The notes: generated by a model from the letters alone, not told the origin. 64,000 nucleotides of DNA from Candidatus Aminicenantes bacterium (GCA_041320535.1 JBGLNH010000001.1:1022253-1086252), one strand, 5' to 3'; shown: positions 1-10,541, numbered from the stretch's first letter. Numbers and translations: made by a program.

Positions 1-12
1 CTATCCGTTGAG

Positions 13-41
13 ATAGTAGCGCACGCCCGGGGAACTGTCAA
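13..41 (-). promoter_or_regulatory. sigma70-like promoter directed out of the window
   Basis: Minus strand reads TTGACA-N17-TACTAT just downstream of the helicase stop codon. Confidence 0.55.
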
Positions 42-53
42 ATGAGCGCGGGC

Positions 54-2450
54 TCAGTTGACGCTGGGGGAGCGGGGCCCGTCCAGGCCGAGGAGGCCCT
101 GGAGGAGGACGCGGGCGACCTTCTTGGCGTCCTTGCCGCTCTCGTTGGTCGCGCCGGTGCACGACGGGCAGCCGTCGCGGCAGGGGCAGGCCTCGAGGGT
201 CCTGAGGGCGTGCTCGAGGAGACGGCCCTCGAGCGAGAAGAGCGACGGGCTGAGGCCGATCCCGCCCGGGTAGCTGTCGTAGATGAAGATGTTCGGCTCG
301 AAGTCCGGGTCCATGACCAGGGGCGTCTCGTCCTGGCCCTGTACGGCCGGGCCCGGCCGGGCCGGCGCCAGGCGCGGCGGCAGGGACTCGCCGGTCGTGT
401 TGTCGCCGATCGACACGCCGACGTCGTGCAGGTCGCACATCATGAAGATGGGCGAGACGTGGTGGAGGAGGTAGGCCAGGCCGAACAGGCCGTTGATCCG
501 CTGCTCGGCCGGGAAGGGCACCGCCTGCATCAGCGCCGAGGGCACGGTCAGCCAGTAGGCCGTCGTGTGCATCTCGTTCTGCGGCAGCTGCAGGTCGCCC
601 GCGCCGACGTTCTCCATGGTGTGGAACTTGATCTTCTTGAAGCCGACGACCTGGGTGGCCACGTGGACCTCGCCGTGGGAGATCCGGCCGGCGCCCGCCT
701 CGACGCCCTTCCTGTCGAAGACGTCGAGGACGGTGATCTTGGTGTAGTCGATGGCGTCGGTGTAGTAGTCGATGTCGGTTCTCTTGACGTAGGCCTTGCG
801 CTCCTCGAAGTCGAGCTTCTCGACGAAGTACTGCTCGCCCTCGACGATGTAGATGGCCTTGGGGTGCAGGGCCGTCAGCGCGGCGGTGAAGTCGACCTCG
901 GCGATGACCCTGGCTTCCCCCGTGACGTCGACGACGACGAAGTTGTCCGACGAGATGCTGCGCAGGCTGACGGCGTCGGCCGGGTAGGCCTCCGACGTGA
1001 AGAACCACTTGTCCTTGGAATGGTGGAGGAGCTTGTCCTCCTCGAGGAAACGGAGGATCTCGCCGATCTCGGCCCGGCCGAACCTCTCGCCGTCCTCGAA
1101 CGGCAGCTCGAAGGCGGCGCACTCGACGTGGCTGACCAGGATCGACAGGTTGTCCGGGTTGATGAGGGCCATCTCGGGCGACTTGGAGAAGAAGTACTCC
1201 GGGTTGTTGATGATGAACTGGTCGAGGGGCGAGCTCGTGGCCACGAGGACGGCCGCCGACAGGCCGGTCTTGCGCCCGGCCCGACCGGCCCTCTGCCAGG
1301 TGCTGGCGATCGTCCCGGGATAGCCGGCGAGGACCGCGACGTCGAGCGTCCCGATGTCGATGCCGAGCTCGAGGGCGTTCGTGGAGACGACCCCCAGGAT
1401 CTCTCCCGTCCGCAGGCCCTTCTCGATCTCGCGGCGCTTGAGGGGCAGGTAGCCGCCCCGGTAGCCCCGGATGAGGCCCTCCTTCCGGATGTCGGTCTCG
1501 ATGTCCTCCTTGAGGTAGGTCAGCAGGACCTCGGTGATGAGGCGGCTCCCGGCGAAGACGATCGTCTGGAGGCCGTTCTTGAGGAAGATCGAGGCGACGC
1601 GCCGCGACTCGTTGACGTAGGAGCGGCGGATGCCCAGGGCGGCGTTGACCACGGGCGGCGTGTAGAAGACGAAATACTTACCGCCGCGAGGCGCGCCGTT
1701 GTCGTCGACGAGCGTGACCGGGGCCTCGATCATCTTCTCGGCCATCTCGGCCGGGTTGGCGATCGTCGCCGTCGACAGGATGAACTGCGGGTCGGCGCCG
1801 TAGAAGCGCGCGATCCGCCGGAGGCGCCGCAGCACGTTGGCCAAGTGGCTGCCGAAGATGCCGCGGTAGCTGTGGAGCTCGTCGACGACGACGTACTTGA
1901 GGTTCTCGAAGAGCTTGATCCACTTCGTGTGGTGCGGCAGGATGCCGGCGTGGAGCATGTCGGGGTTGGTCAGGACGATGTGGCCGCGGGCCCGGATGGC
2001 CTTGCGGGCGTCCTGGGGCGTGTCGCCGTCGTAGGTGAAGACGCGGACCTCCTCCGGCAGGCGGGCGTTGATGTCGTCGAGCTCGGCCTGCTGGTCCTGG
2101 GACAGGGCCTTGGTCGGGAAGAGGTAGAGGGCCCGCGTCGAGGGGTCCTTCATGATGGCGTCGATGACGGGCAGGTTGTAGCACAGCGTCTTGCCCGATG
2201 CCGTCGGCGTGACGACGACGACGTTCTTCCTCTCCTGGAGCGCGTCCCAGCAGGAGCGCTGGTGGGAGAAGAGCCGGTCGAAGCCTTTCGCGGCCAGGGC
2301 CTCGCGCAGGGCCGGGTGGACGCCGTCCGGGTAATCGAGGAATTTCCCCTCCTGGGCGGGGATGTGCTTGATGGCCTTGATGGAGTCGCTCTTGTAGCCG
2401 ATGTCCTTGAGCAGCTCGAGCGCGCGCAGGATCCTCTCTTCGTTGGACAT
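54..2450 (-). CDS. DEAD/DEAH-box SF2 helicase with C-terminal DUF1998 Zn-binding domain (MrfA/YprA-like)
   Basis: Motifs TPTASGKT, DELH, STAT, QRAGRAGR and C-terminal CPCRDGCPSC. Start moved to ATG 2450 because the ORF-track start overlaps the -35 box. Confidence 0.88.
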   Translation of the reverse strand: MSNEERILRALELLKDIGYKSDSIKAIKHIPAQEGKFLDYPDGVHPALREALAAKGFDRLFSHQRSCWDALQERKNVVVVTPTASGKTLCYNLPVIDAIMKDPSTRALYLFPTKALSQDQQAELDDINARLPEEVRVFTYDGDTPQDARKAIRARGHIVLTNPDMLHAGILPHHTKWIKLFENLKYVVVDELHSYRGIFGSHLANVLRRLRRIARFYGADPQFILSTATIANPAEMAEKMIEAPVTLVDDNGAPRGGKYFVFYTPPVVNAALGIRRSYVNESRRVASIFLKNGLQTIVFAGSRLITEVLLTYLKEDIETDIRKEGLIRGYRGGYLPLKRREIEKGLRTGEILGVVSTNALELGIDIGTLDVAVLAGYPGTIASTWQRAGRAGRKTGLSAAVLVATSSPLDQFIINNPEYFFSKSPEMALINPDNLSILVSHVECAAFELPFEDGERFGRAEIGEILRFLEEDKLLHHSKDKWFFTSEAYPADAVSLRSISSDNFVVVDVTGEARVIAEVDFTAALTALHPKAIYIVEGEQYFVEKLDFEERKAYVKRTDIDYYTDAIDYTKITVLDVFDRKGVEAGAGRISHGEVHVATQVVGFKKIKFHTMENVGAGDLQLPQNEMHTTAYWLTVPSALMQAVPFPAEQRINGLFGLAYLLHHVSPIFMMCDLHDVGVSIGDNTTGESLPPRLAPARPGPAVQGQDETPLVMDPDFEPNIFIYDSYPGGIGLSPSLFSLEGRLLEHALRTLEACPCRDGCPSCTGATNESGKDAKKVARVLLQGLLGLDGPRSPSVN

Positions 2451-2460
2451 GGGCGCCCCC

Positions 2461-2489
2461 ATCCTAGCGAAATCCCAAGAGAGGGTCAA
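2461..2489 (-). promoter_or_regulatory. sigma70-like promoter of the helicase
   Basis: TTGACC-N17-TAGGAT on the minus strand, 10 nt upstream of ATG 2450. Confidence 0.55.
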
Positions 2490-2511
2490 ACCCGGAAGGG
2501 GCTTTCCGGAA

Positions 2512-2574
2512 GGGGTCGGATCTGCTTTTTACGCTCGGCGGGCTTGTCCGAGCGCAAAAAGCGGATCTGACCCC
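2512..2574. repeat. 27-bp imperfect inverted repeat (hairpin) between divergent helicase and uvrA
   Basis: GGGGTCGGATCTGCTTTTTACGCTCGG ... CCGAGCGCAAAAAGCGGATCTGACCCC; three non-Watson-Crick positions, two of them G-U compatible. Confidence 0.8.
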
Positions 2575-2580
2575 CTCTTA

Positions 2581-2589
2581 TGCTAAAAT
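2581..2589 (+). promoter_or_regulatory. extended -10 element upstream of uvrA
   Basis: TGCTAAAAT (TGn-TAAAAT) 9 nt before ATG 2599; no SD sequence visible. Confidence 0.4.
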
Positions 2590-2598
2590 AGATAGGTT

Positions 2599-5127
2599 AT
2601 GCTGGACGAGATTCGCATCAAGAGGGCGGCGCAGCACAATCTGAAGCGCATCGACGTCGCCCTGCCCCGGAACAAGCTCATCGTGGTCACCGGCCCGTCC
2701 GGCTCCGGGAAGTCGTCCCTGGCCTTCGACACCATCTTCGCCGAGGGCCAGCGCCGCTACATCGAGTGCCTCTCGGCCTACGCCCGCCAGTTCATCGACC
2801 AGATGGAGAAGCCCGAGGTCGAATCGATCGAGGGCATCTCGCCGTCCATCTCCATCGACCAGAAGACCATCTCGACCAATCCGCGCTCGACGGTGGGCAC
2901 GACGACCGAGGTCTACGATCTCCTGCGCCTCCTCTTCGCCCGCGTCGGCACGCCCCACTGCCCGAGCTGCGGCCGGGTCGTCTCGTCCCAGACGCCCGAG
3001 GAGATCCTCGAGCGCGTCGCCGCGGATTTCGCCGGGGCCAAGGTCCGCGTCCTGGCCCCGGTCGTCAAGGGCCGCAAGGGCGAGTACCAGCGCCTGTTCG
3101 AGCGCCTGCGCAAGAAGGGCTTCCTCCGGGCCCGCGTCAACGGCGCCCTCCGCGACCTCGAGGACGACATCCCGCTCGAGAAGAACCGCAAGCACACGAT
3201 CGAGGTCCTGGTCGACACCGTCAAGGTCGGCCCCGACGCCGAGCGCCGCCTCCGCGACGCGCTCTCCCGGGCCCTGGAGCTCGCCGAGGGCGAGGCTCTC
3301 GTCGTCGACGAGTCCGGCCGCGAGCGGTTCTTCTCGCTGACCCTCCTCTGCCCCGCCTGCGAGATCAGCCTGGCCGAGCTCGAGCCGCGCAATTTCTCCT
3401 TCAACAGCCCCTACGGCGCCTGCCCGAAATGCCACGGCCTCGGGCACATGACGACGCGCAACGAATGGGGCGAGGTGGAGCTCACCGACGACGTCTGCCC
3501 CGACTGCGGCGGGGCCCGCCTCAAGAAGGAGAGCCTCTCGGTCCGGATCGGCGGCCGCAGCATCCACGAAATGGGCGAGCTCGCGATCGGCGATCTCCTG
3601 GCCGCGGCGGGCAAGCTCGCGTTCCCGCCCGCCCAGTCGCTCGTGGCCTCCAGGATCCTCAAGGAGGTCCGCTCGCGCCTGGCCGTCATGGAGGAGCTGG
3701 GGATGACCTACCTCCAGCTCAACCGGACGACCTCGTCGCTCTCCGGCGGCGAGGCCCAGCGGGTCCGCCTCGCGGCCCAGGTGGGGGCCCGGCTGCGCGG
3801 CGTCCTCTACGTCCTCGACGAGCCGACGGTCGGCCTCCACCAGCGCGACAACGGCCGCCTCATCTCGCTCCTCCGCTCGCTCCGCGACGAGGGCAACTCG
3901 ATCGTCGTCGTCGAGCACGACGAGCAGACCATCCGCTCGGCCGACTACGTCCTCGATCTCGGCCCCGGCGCGGGCGAGAGCGGCGGCTTCAAGGTCGCGG
4001 AAGGGCCCCTCGACGCGGTCCTCGCCTCCCCCGACTCCCTGACCGCCCAGTACCTGCGGGGCGAGAAGGCCGTCCCCGTGCCCCCCGCCCGGCGCAAGGC
4101 CGCCGGCTGGCTCGTCATCCGCAAGGCCCGCGAGCACAACCTCAAGGGGATCGACGTCCGCGTCCCCCTCGCGGCCATGACCGCCGTCACCGGCGTCTCC
4201 GGGTCCGGCAAGAGCACGCTGGTCTACGACATCCTCTTCAAGGCCCTCGAGAACAAGCTCCACAAGGCCCGCCAGCGGGTCGGCGCCCACGACCGGATGG
4301 AGGGCGCCGACGGCCTGGACAAGGTCGTCGCCGTCGACCAGAAGCCGATCGGCCGGACGCCCCGCTCGAACCCCGCCACCTACACGGGGCTTTTCACCGC
4401 CCTCCGGGACCTCATGGCCCGCACCCCCGAGGCCCGCGCGCGCGGCTACTCCTCCGGCCGGTTCAGCTTCAACGTCGCCGGCGGCCGCTGCGAGGAGTGC
4501 GAGGGGGCCGGCGTCAAGCGCATCGAGATGCACTTCCTCCCCGACGTCTTCGTCACCTGCGACCGCTGCGGCGGCCGGCGCTACAACAAGGAGACGCTGG
4601 CCGTCGCCTACAAGGGCCGGTCGATCGCCGATTACCTGGCCATGACCGTCGACGACGCCTACGAGCTGCTCAAGGCCTACCCCCAGCTCAAGCGCAAGCT
4701 GGCCACGCTCAAGCGCGTCGGGCTCGGCTACATCCGCCTCGGCCAGCCGGCGCCGACCCTGTCGGGCGGAGAGGCCCAGCGCATCAAGCTGACCAAGGAG
4801 CTCGGCCGCCGGGCGACCGGCCGGACCCTCTACCTCCTCGACGAGCCGACGACCGGGCTCCACTTCGACGACGTCCGCAAGCTCCTCGAGGTCCTCTCGG
4901 AGCTGGTCTCGCTCGGCAACACCGTCGTCATCATCGAGCACAACCTTGAAGTCATCAAGTATTGCGACTATATTATCGACCTCGGCCCGGAAGGGGGCGA
5001 GGAGGGCGGGCGGATCGTGGCCCAGGGGACCCCGGAAGAGGTCGCCGCGTCGCCCCGCTCCCATACCGGGGCCTACCTCAAGCAGGCCCTCGACGGCGGC
5101 CGCCGGCCGGAGCGAAGGGACGGATAG
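2599..5127 (+). CDS. uvrA: Excinuclease ABC subunit A (compact, insertion domain absent)
   Basis: HNLK, two Walker A (GPSGSGKSS, GVSGSGKST), two LSGGEAQR signatures, LDEPT Walker B, Zn-finger CxxC pairs, PIGRTPRSNPATY. Confidence 0.96.
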   Translation: MLDEIRIKRAAQHNLKRIDVALPRNKLIVVTGPSGSGKSSLAFDTIFAEGQRRYIECLSAYARQFIDQMEKPEVESIEGISPSISIDQKTISTNPRSTVGTTTEVYDLLRLLFARVGTPHCPSCGRVVSSQTPEEILERVAADFAGAKVRVLAPVVKGRKGEYQRLFERLRKKGFLRARVNGALRDLEDDIPLEKNRKHTIEVLVDTVKVGPDAERRLRDALSRALELAEGEALVVDESGRERFFSLTLLCPACEISLAELEPRNFSFNSPYGACPKCHGLGHMTTRNEWGEVELTDDVCPDCGGARLKKESLSVRIGGRSIHEMGELAIGDLLAAAGKLAFPPAQSLVASRILKEVRSRLAVMEELGMTYLQLNRTTSSLSGGEAQRVRLAAQVGARLRGVLYVLDEPTVGLHQRDNGRLISLLRSLRDEGNSIVVVEHDEQTIRSADYVLDLGPGAGESGGFKVAEGPLDAVLASPDSLTAQYLRGEKAVPVPPARRKAAGWLVIRKAREHNLKGIDVRVPLAAMTAVTGVSGSGKSTLVYDILFKALENKLHKARQRVGAHDRMEGADGLDKVVAVDQKPIGRTPRSNPATYTGLFTALRDLMARTPEARARGYSSGRFSFNVAGGRCEECEGAGVKRIEMHFLPDVFVTCDRCGGRRYNKETLAVAYKGRSIADYLAMTVDDAYELLKAYPQLKRKLATLKRVGLGYIRLGQPAPTLSGGEAQRIKLTKELGRRATGRTLYLLDEPTTGLHFDDVRKLLEVLSELVSLGNTVVIIEHNLEVIKYCDYIIDLGPEGGEEGGRIVAQGTPEEVAASPRSHTGAYLKQALDGGRRPERRDG

Positions 5128-5131
5128 GACC

Positions 5132-6121
5132 ATGGCCTTCAAGGACGTCGCGGGCAACCAGGGGGTCAAGAAGATCCTCCGCCTGGCCCTCGAGCGCGGC
5201 CGGGCGCCCAACTCGATCATCTTCGCCGGGCCCGAGGGCGCCGGCAAGACGGCCATGGCCCTGGGCCTGGCCAAGGCCCTCAACTGCCTGGCCCGGACCA
5301 CGGACTCCTGCGACGCCTGCGCGTCCTGCCGGGCCGTCGACGAGGGCCGCCACCCCGACGTCATGATCATCGGCGCCGAGGTCCAGAAGATCAAGGTCGA
5401 ACAGACCGAGATCGTCAAGCAGATGGCCTACCTGCGGCCGATGACCGGCAAGCGCCGCGTCTTCGTCATCGAGGACGCCAAGGACATGACCGAGGAAGCG
5501 GAGAACTCGCTGCTCAAGGTCCTCGAGGAGCCGCCCGCGTTCACCCACATCATCCTGGTCACGGACAGCCCCCACCTTCTCCTGCCGACGATCCGCTCCC
5601 GCTGCCGGACCCTGACCTTCTCGCCCATCGGCCGGGAGGAGATCGAGGCGATCCTGCTCGAGCGCGACTTCAGCCGGGAGCAGGCCCGCATCCTGGCCCT
5701 GCTCGTCGACGGCAATCTCGAGCGGGCCCAGGAGCTCGAGTGGGAGGAGGTCCAGGCGCTCAAGGAGGAGGCCTGGGGCCTGTTCGAGGCGCTGGCCTCG
5801 ACCGACCGCGCCAGCCGGTTCCTGGAGAGGTTCGGCAACGTGCCCAAGGCCGTCCAGGAGGAGTTCGGCGAGGTCCTGGAGATGTTCTCCTCCTTCGCCC
5901 GGGACATCCTCCTCCTCCGCCTCGGCGCCGATCCGGCGCACCTGCTCAATCCGGACCTCGAGGGCCGGCTGCGGACGGCCGCGGCCGCCTGGAGCGTCCC
6001 CCGGACCGTCGGCGTCATCGAGGAGATCGACCGCGCGCTGGCCGACCTCCGCGGCAACCTCAACAAGGGACTGCTGGCGCTGACCTTCTTCGCCAGCTTC
6101 ACGGAGCTGACCCATGCCTGA
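5132..6121 (+). CDS. holB: DNA polymerase III delta-prime subunit
   Basis: GPEGAGKT, Zn module C...CDACASC, HPDV, NSLLKVLEEPP, TIRSRC; start MAFKDVAG at 5132. Confidence 0.9.
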   Translation: MAFKDVAGNQGVKKILRLALERGRAPNSIIFAGPEGAGKTAMALGLAKALNCLARTTDSCDACASCRAVDEGRHPDVMIIGAEVQKIKVEQTEIVKQMAYLRPMTGKRRVFVIEDAKDMTEEAENSLLKVLEEPPAFTHIILVTDSPHLLLPTIRSRCRTLTFSPIGREEIEAILLERDFSREQARILALLVDGNLERAQELEWEEVQALKEEAWGLFEALASTDRASRFLERFGNVPKAVQEEFGEVLEMFSSFARDILLLRLGADPAHLLNPDLEGRLRTAAAAWSVPRTVGVIEEIDRALADLRGNLNKGLLALTFFASFTELTHA

Positions 6122-6714
6122 TGTCATCTGCGTCCGATCCGAGACCACGGGGCGGATGGTCCGCGTCCGCCCCGGGGACCTGGCCCTCCGCTGCGGCGAC
6201 CGCTGCCTCATCGAGTCCGACCTCGGCGGCGACCTGGCCGTCGTCGTCGACGAGACGAGCTCCTTCTGCCACAACCCCAAGGCGGCCCGGCTCGCCGTCC
6301 GGGTCATCCGCAAGGCGACCCCCGAGGACGTCCGCAAGTTCGACTGGCTGCGCGAGCGGGAGGGGCGGGCCTACGACCTCTGCCTCCAGAGGATCGCCGC
6401 CCACAACCTGGCCATGAAGCTCGTCGCCGTCCGCTACTTCTTCAGCGAGAAGAAGGGCATCTTCTATTACACGGCCGACGGCCGGATCGACTTCCGCCAG
6501 CTGGTCAAGGACCTGGCCAAGGAGCTGCGGATGCGCATCGAGATGCGCCAGGTCGGAGTCCGGGACGAGGCCAAGATGATCGGTGGCCTGGGCGTCTGCG
6601 GCCGCTGCCTGTGTTGCTCGAGCTTCATGACCAGCTTCGAGCCGGTGACCATCCAGAAGGCCCGCAAGCAGCAGATCGTCATCAACCCGACCAAGATCTC
6701 GGGGCTGTGCGGGC
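6114..6714 (+). CDS. ricT: PSP1/RicT (YaaT) family protein, 3'-truncated at a segment junction
   Basis: YYTADGRIDFRQLVKDLA, RIEMRQVGVRDEAK, GVCGRCLCC and NPTKISGLCG; the expected RLMCCL continuation is missing. Lies after holB as usual. Confidence 0.8.
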
Positions 6715-8528
6715 CCGCGGTCGCGATCGACGGCGACAAGACCGGCGCGCCGATGTCCAAGTACATCTACGGCCAGTTCATCGAGCACCTGGGCCGCTGC
6801 ATCTACCAGGGCATCTGGGCCGAGATGCTCGAGGACCGCAAGTTCTTCTGGCCGGTCGGCGAAGGCGAATCCCCCTGGAAGGCCCTCGGCGACGGGACGC
6901 AAGTCGTGATGGACAAGGTCCGGCCGTTCACGGGCGGGCACACGCCCCGCGTGACGCTCGACGGACGCGGGCCGCACGGCCTCGTCCAGGGCGAATTAGC
7001 GCTCATCGAGGGCCGGGAATACGTCGGCCGGGTCGTCCTCGCCGGCGACGCTTCCGCCGCGCCGGTCCGTGTCAGCCTCGTCTGGGGAGACGGGGCCGAC
7101 GGCCGTCAGACGCTCGCCGTCGACGGGCTGGGCCGCGACTTCAGGACCGTCCCCTTCGCCTTCCGGGCCGGGGCTTCGACCGGGGACGCCCGCCTCGAGA
7201 TCACCTCGTCGGGGCGCGGCTCTTTCCGGATCGGGACCGTCTCGATCATGCCGGCCGACAACGTCGAGGGCTTCCGGCCCGAGGTCCTGGCCCTGCTCCG
7301 GGAGCTCGACTCCCCGGTCTACCGCTGGCCGGGAGGCAACTTCGTCAGCGGCTACGACTGGCGCGACGCCATCGGTGACCGCGACCGCCGGCCGCCGCGC
7401 AAGAACCCGGCCTGGACAGGCGTCGAGCACAACGACGTCGGCGTCCACGAGTACCTCGACCTGATGCGCCTCATCGGGTCGGAGCCCTACATCACGGTCA
7501 ACAGCGGCCTGGGCGACGTCGTCATGGCCCTCGAGGAGCTCGAATACGTCAACGGCGCCGCCGGCACGAAGATGGGCAAGCTCCGCGCGGCCAACGGGCA
7601 TCCGGAGCCCTGGGGCGTCAAGTTCTGGGCCATCGGCAACGAGATGTACGGCGACTGGCAGCTCGGCCACATGCCGCTCTCCGACTACGTCAAGAAGCAC
7701 ACCCAGTTCGCCGTGGCCATGAAGGCCATGGACCCGTCGGTCCGGGTCGTGGCCGTGGGCGCCGTGGGCCGCTGGAGCGAGACCATGCTGGCCCAGGCCT
7801 CCAACCACATGGACCTCATCAGCGAGCACTTCTACGTCCAGCACAAGCCCGGCCTCCTCAGCCACGTCATGCAAGCGCCGAACGAGGTCCGGCGCATCGC
7901 CGAGGCCCACCGGAAATACCGGGCCGAGATCCCGACCCTCAAGGCGAAGGAGGTCCCGGTCGCCCTCGACGAGTGGAACTACTGGTACGGGCCGCACGTC
8001 TACGGCGAGCTCGGGACGCAGTATTTCCTCGAGGACGCCCTCGGCGTCGCCGCCGCCCTGAACGAGTTCGCCCGCCAGAGCGACGTCTACTTCATGGCCA
8101 ACTACGCCCAGACGGTCAACGTCATCGGGGCCATCAAGACCTCGAAGACCGCGGCCGTCCTCGACACGACGGGGGTCATTCTGGCCCTCTATCGGAAACA
8201 TTTCGGGACGATACCCGTCGCAGTGACGGGCACACCCGAGCCGCTCGACGTCATGGCCTGCTGGCTGGACGAGACCAAGGGCGTCCTGACCCTGTCGATC
8301 GTCAATCCGACCAAGCGCCAGATGGAGCTGCGCATCGATGCCGGCGGGCTGAAGCTGCCCAAGACGGCACGCTTCTTCCTCGTCGGCGGCCTCGACCCCC
8401 GCGCCTGCAATGTGCCCGGTCAGCCCATGCAGGTCGCCGTGCACGAGACCGAGGCGGCGCCGTTCGGCCGGACCGTGATGGTCCCGCCCATCAGCGTCTC
8501 GCTCTACCGCGTCGAAGTGCCGCGCTAA
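6715..8528 (+). CDS. GH51 alpha-L-arabinofuranosidase, N-terminus missing
   Basis: IYGQFIEHLGRCIYQGIWAE, RWPGGNF, acid/base WAIGNEMYG, nucleophile ALDEWN, YAQTVNV. Confidence 0.88.
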
Positions 8529-8634
8529 AGAAATGGAAGTCCCCCTCTGCGGCTTTGGCCCAGGGTATTGCCCCCAGCTCCCCGGACCCCCTGGGAACCG
8601 GTCCCGTCGGTTCCCCCGCCTTCGGCGGGCCGCC

Positions 8635-8688
8635 CTCCGCTACGGGGATCGTCGAGGCAGCACCCATCGCCGCCTCGAGAGGGGATCC
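8635..8688. repeat. Dispersed palindromic element family A, copy 1
   Basis: CTCCGCTACGGGGATCGTCGAGGC-N11-CCGCCTCGAGAGGG-G-ATCC; both arms identical at 47680-47734. Confidence 0.8.
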
Positions 8689-8697
8689 TGAGGAAGA

Positions 8698-10389
8698 TCA
8701 ACCCGTTTTGATGAAGCGCAAATGACGGACGCGGCCGGCGTAGACGCGGAGGCCGTCGACCGCGCCCGAGGCGTCCCGCGTGAAGCGCATGACGTCGCCG
8801 CCCTCGCCGAAGGCGTCGGCGTACATGGGCGCCAGCGTGAACCGCAGGGCCGGGCGGTGCCGGACCTTGAGCCAGCCGCCCTCGACGTACACGGTGTACG
8901 TCGTGTCGATCTCCTCGCTGTAATAGGTGCCCGCGTAGGCCGCCAGCTCCTCGGGCTTCGGGGCGAAGGGCGGCACGGCCTCCCATAGCCTGGGCTTGGA
9001 CCGTCCGTCCGATTCCGACATCTTGACGGGCGTCCCCGCCGGCCCGGTCTCGAAGACCGCCCGCCGGGACCCGTCCGGGCTCGTGAACGTCGTGACCGAG
9101 AGGGCGAGGACGGACTGGCCCGCGATCCTCAGGGTCTTGCCGTCCTTGTCGAGCTCGACACGCGCCGCGGCGTCCGTCAGCGGCTCCCGGTAGGTCCCGA
9201 CGTACCTCTTGAGCGTCTCCGGCGGCACAAGCGCCGCGACGATCTTCGGCGGCTCCTCGATCTTCCCGGCGAGGTAGATGTCGGCGACCTGATGAGCCAG
9301 GTTGGCCGGCCCCGACCCCGCCACGTTGCTCAGGACGGCGATCGACAGCCGCTCGCCCGGGTAGCGCGCCAGGAAGGTCTGGTAGCCGGCCGTCGAGCCG
9401 CCGTGGCTGACCTCGCGCAGGCCCCTGTAGTCCGTGACGACGAGCCCCTGGGCGTATTCGTTCTCGAAGCCGTCGTTGAGCCGGCCCCGCGTCTCCAGCT
9501 GCTCGACCAGGGCCCTCCCCCCGACCCGCGGGTCGTCGAGGTTCTCGTTCCAGATGAGGAGATCCCCGGCCGTCGTCAGCAGGCCGCCGTTGCCGATGAC
9601 GTTGGTGAAGGACATGTTGGTGAAGAGCGCCCCGTCCGGCCGCCGCCCGTAGGCCGTGGCCCGGTCGGGGACGACCATCCGGAAGTCCTCCCGCCACCGG
9701 GTCCGGGTCATCTTCAGGGGCTTGAACAGCCGCTCCTGGCAGAAGGCCTCGAAGCTCTTGCCCGACACGCGGGCGACGACGACGCCGAGCAGCGTGTAAC
9801 CGGTGTTGTTGTAGAGGAACTCCTCGCCGGGCGCGAAGTTGAGCTCCTTCATGCGTCCGACGAGCTCGAGGATCTCGTCGACCGTGTGGACGGCCTGTCC
9901 CGTCGGGCGGCCGGAGAGGCTCATCAGCGGCCATTGGCTCCGCAGGCCGCTGGTGTGGTTGAGGAGATGGCGGACGAGGATGGGCGTCCCGAAGTCGGGC
10001 AGCTCGGGCACGTGCTTGCGGACGGGGTCGTCGAGCGAGAGCTTGCCGTCCTGGCAGAGGAGAGCCACGGCCGCGGCCGTGAACTGCTTGGCCACCGAGC
10101 CCGACTCGAAGACCGTGTCCGGGCGCAGGCGGACGCCGTACTCGAGGTTGGCCATGCCGTAGGCCTTGAGCAGGACGGGCTTTCCCGCGACGGCGACGCC
10201 GACGACGCACCCCGGCGCGTCGCTCCGGTTCCAGCGCTCGAAGACGCGATCGACCTTGGCCTCCGTCGTGAGCTCCGGGGCTTTCGCGGCCGGCGCTTGC
10301 GCTTGGGCCTGCCCCCCGGCGAGGGACGCCGCCGCGATGACGAAGATCGAGAAGAAGACCCATGCCCGACGGTCGAAATGCTCTTTCAT
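8698..10389 (-). CDS. Secreted serine hydrolase (beta-lactamase/PBP-like family)
   Basis: Signal peptide, SVAK (SxxK), YNN, HGG motifs; start MKEHF at 10389 with SD. Confidence 0.88.
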   Translation of the reverse strand: MKEHFDRRAWVFFSIFVIAAASLAGGQAQAQAPAAKAPELTTEAKVDRVFERWNRSDAPGCVVGVAVAGKPVLLKAYGMANLEYGVRLRPDTVFESGSVAKQFTAAAVALLCQDGKLSLDDPVRKHVPELPDFGTPILVRHLLNHTSGLRSQWPLMSLSGRPTGQAVHTVDEILELVGRMKELNFAPGEEFLYNNTGYTLLGVVVARVSGKSFEAFCQERLFKPLKMTRTRWREDFRMVVPDRATAYGRRPDGALFTNMSFTNVIGNGGLLTTAGDLLIWNENLDDPRVGGRALVEQLETRGRLNDGFENEYAQGLVVTDYRGLREVSHGGSTAGYQTFLARYPGERLSIAVLSNVAGSGPANLAHQVADIYLAGKIEEPPKIVAALVPPETLKRYVGTYREPLTDAAARVELDKDGKTLRIAGQSVLALSVTTFTSPDGSRRAVFETGPAGTPVKMSESDGRSKPRLWEAVPPFAPKPEELAAYAGTYYSEEIDTTYTVYVEGGWLKVRHRPALRFTLAPMYADAFGEGGDVMRFTRDASGAVDGLRVYAGRVRHLRFIKTG

Positions 10390-10541
10390 AGGTCTCCTTC
10401 CTTCGGCCGTCACGGCCTTCTGGCGATCTCTCTCTTGCCGGAATCCTATCATATTTCGGCGAGACCCGTCTCGAGGCAGCGCAGGGATAGGCGCGCTCCG
10501 AGAACGGGTGGCGGGGGGCCGGTCCCCGTCTATTCCTTTTC

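Noticed and set aside
54-2450. DUF1998 helicase as part of a DISARM/Druantia-type defence system
   Set aside because: Single fused helicase-DUF1998 of MrfA type next to uvrA; no methylase or other defence genes in the segment.
6114-8528. Apparent RicT/PSP1-arabinofuranosidase fusion protein (804 aa)
   Set aside because: PSP1 is cut inside its conserved KISGxCG-RLMCC motif, GH51 lacks its N-terminus, and the join falls on the regular junction spacing; this is an in-frame concatenation artefact.
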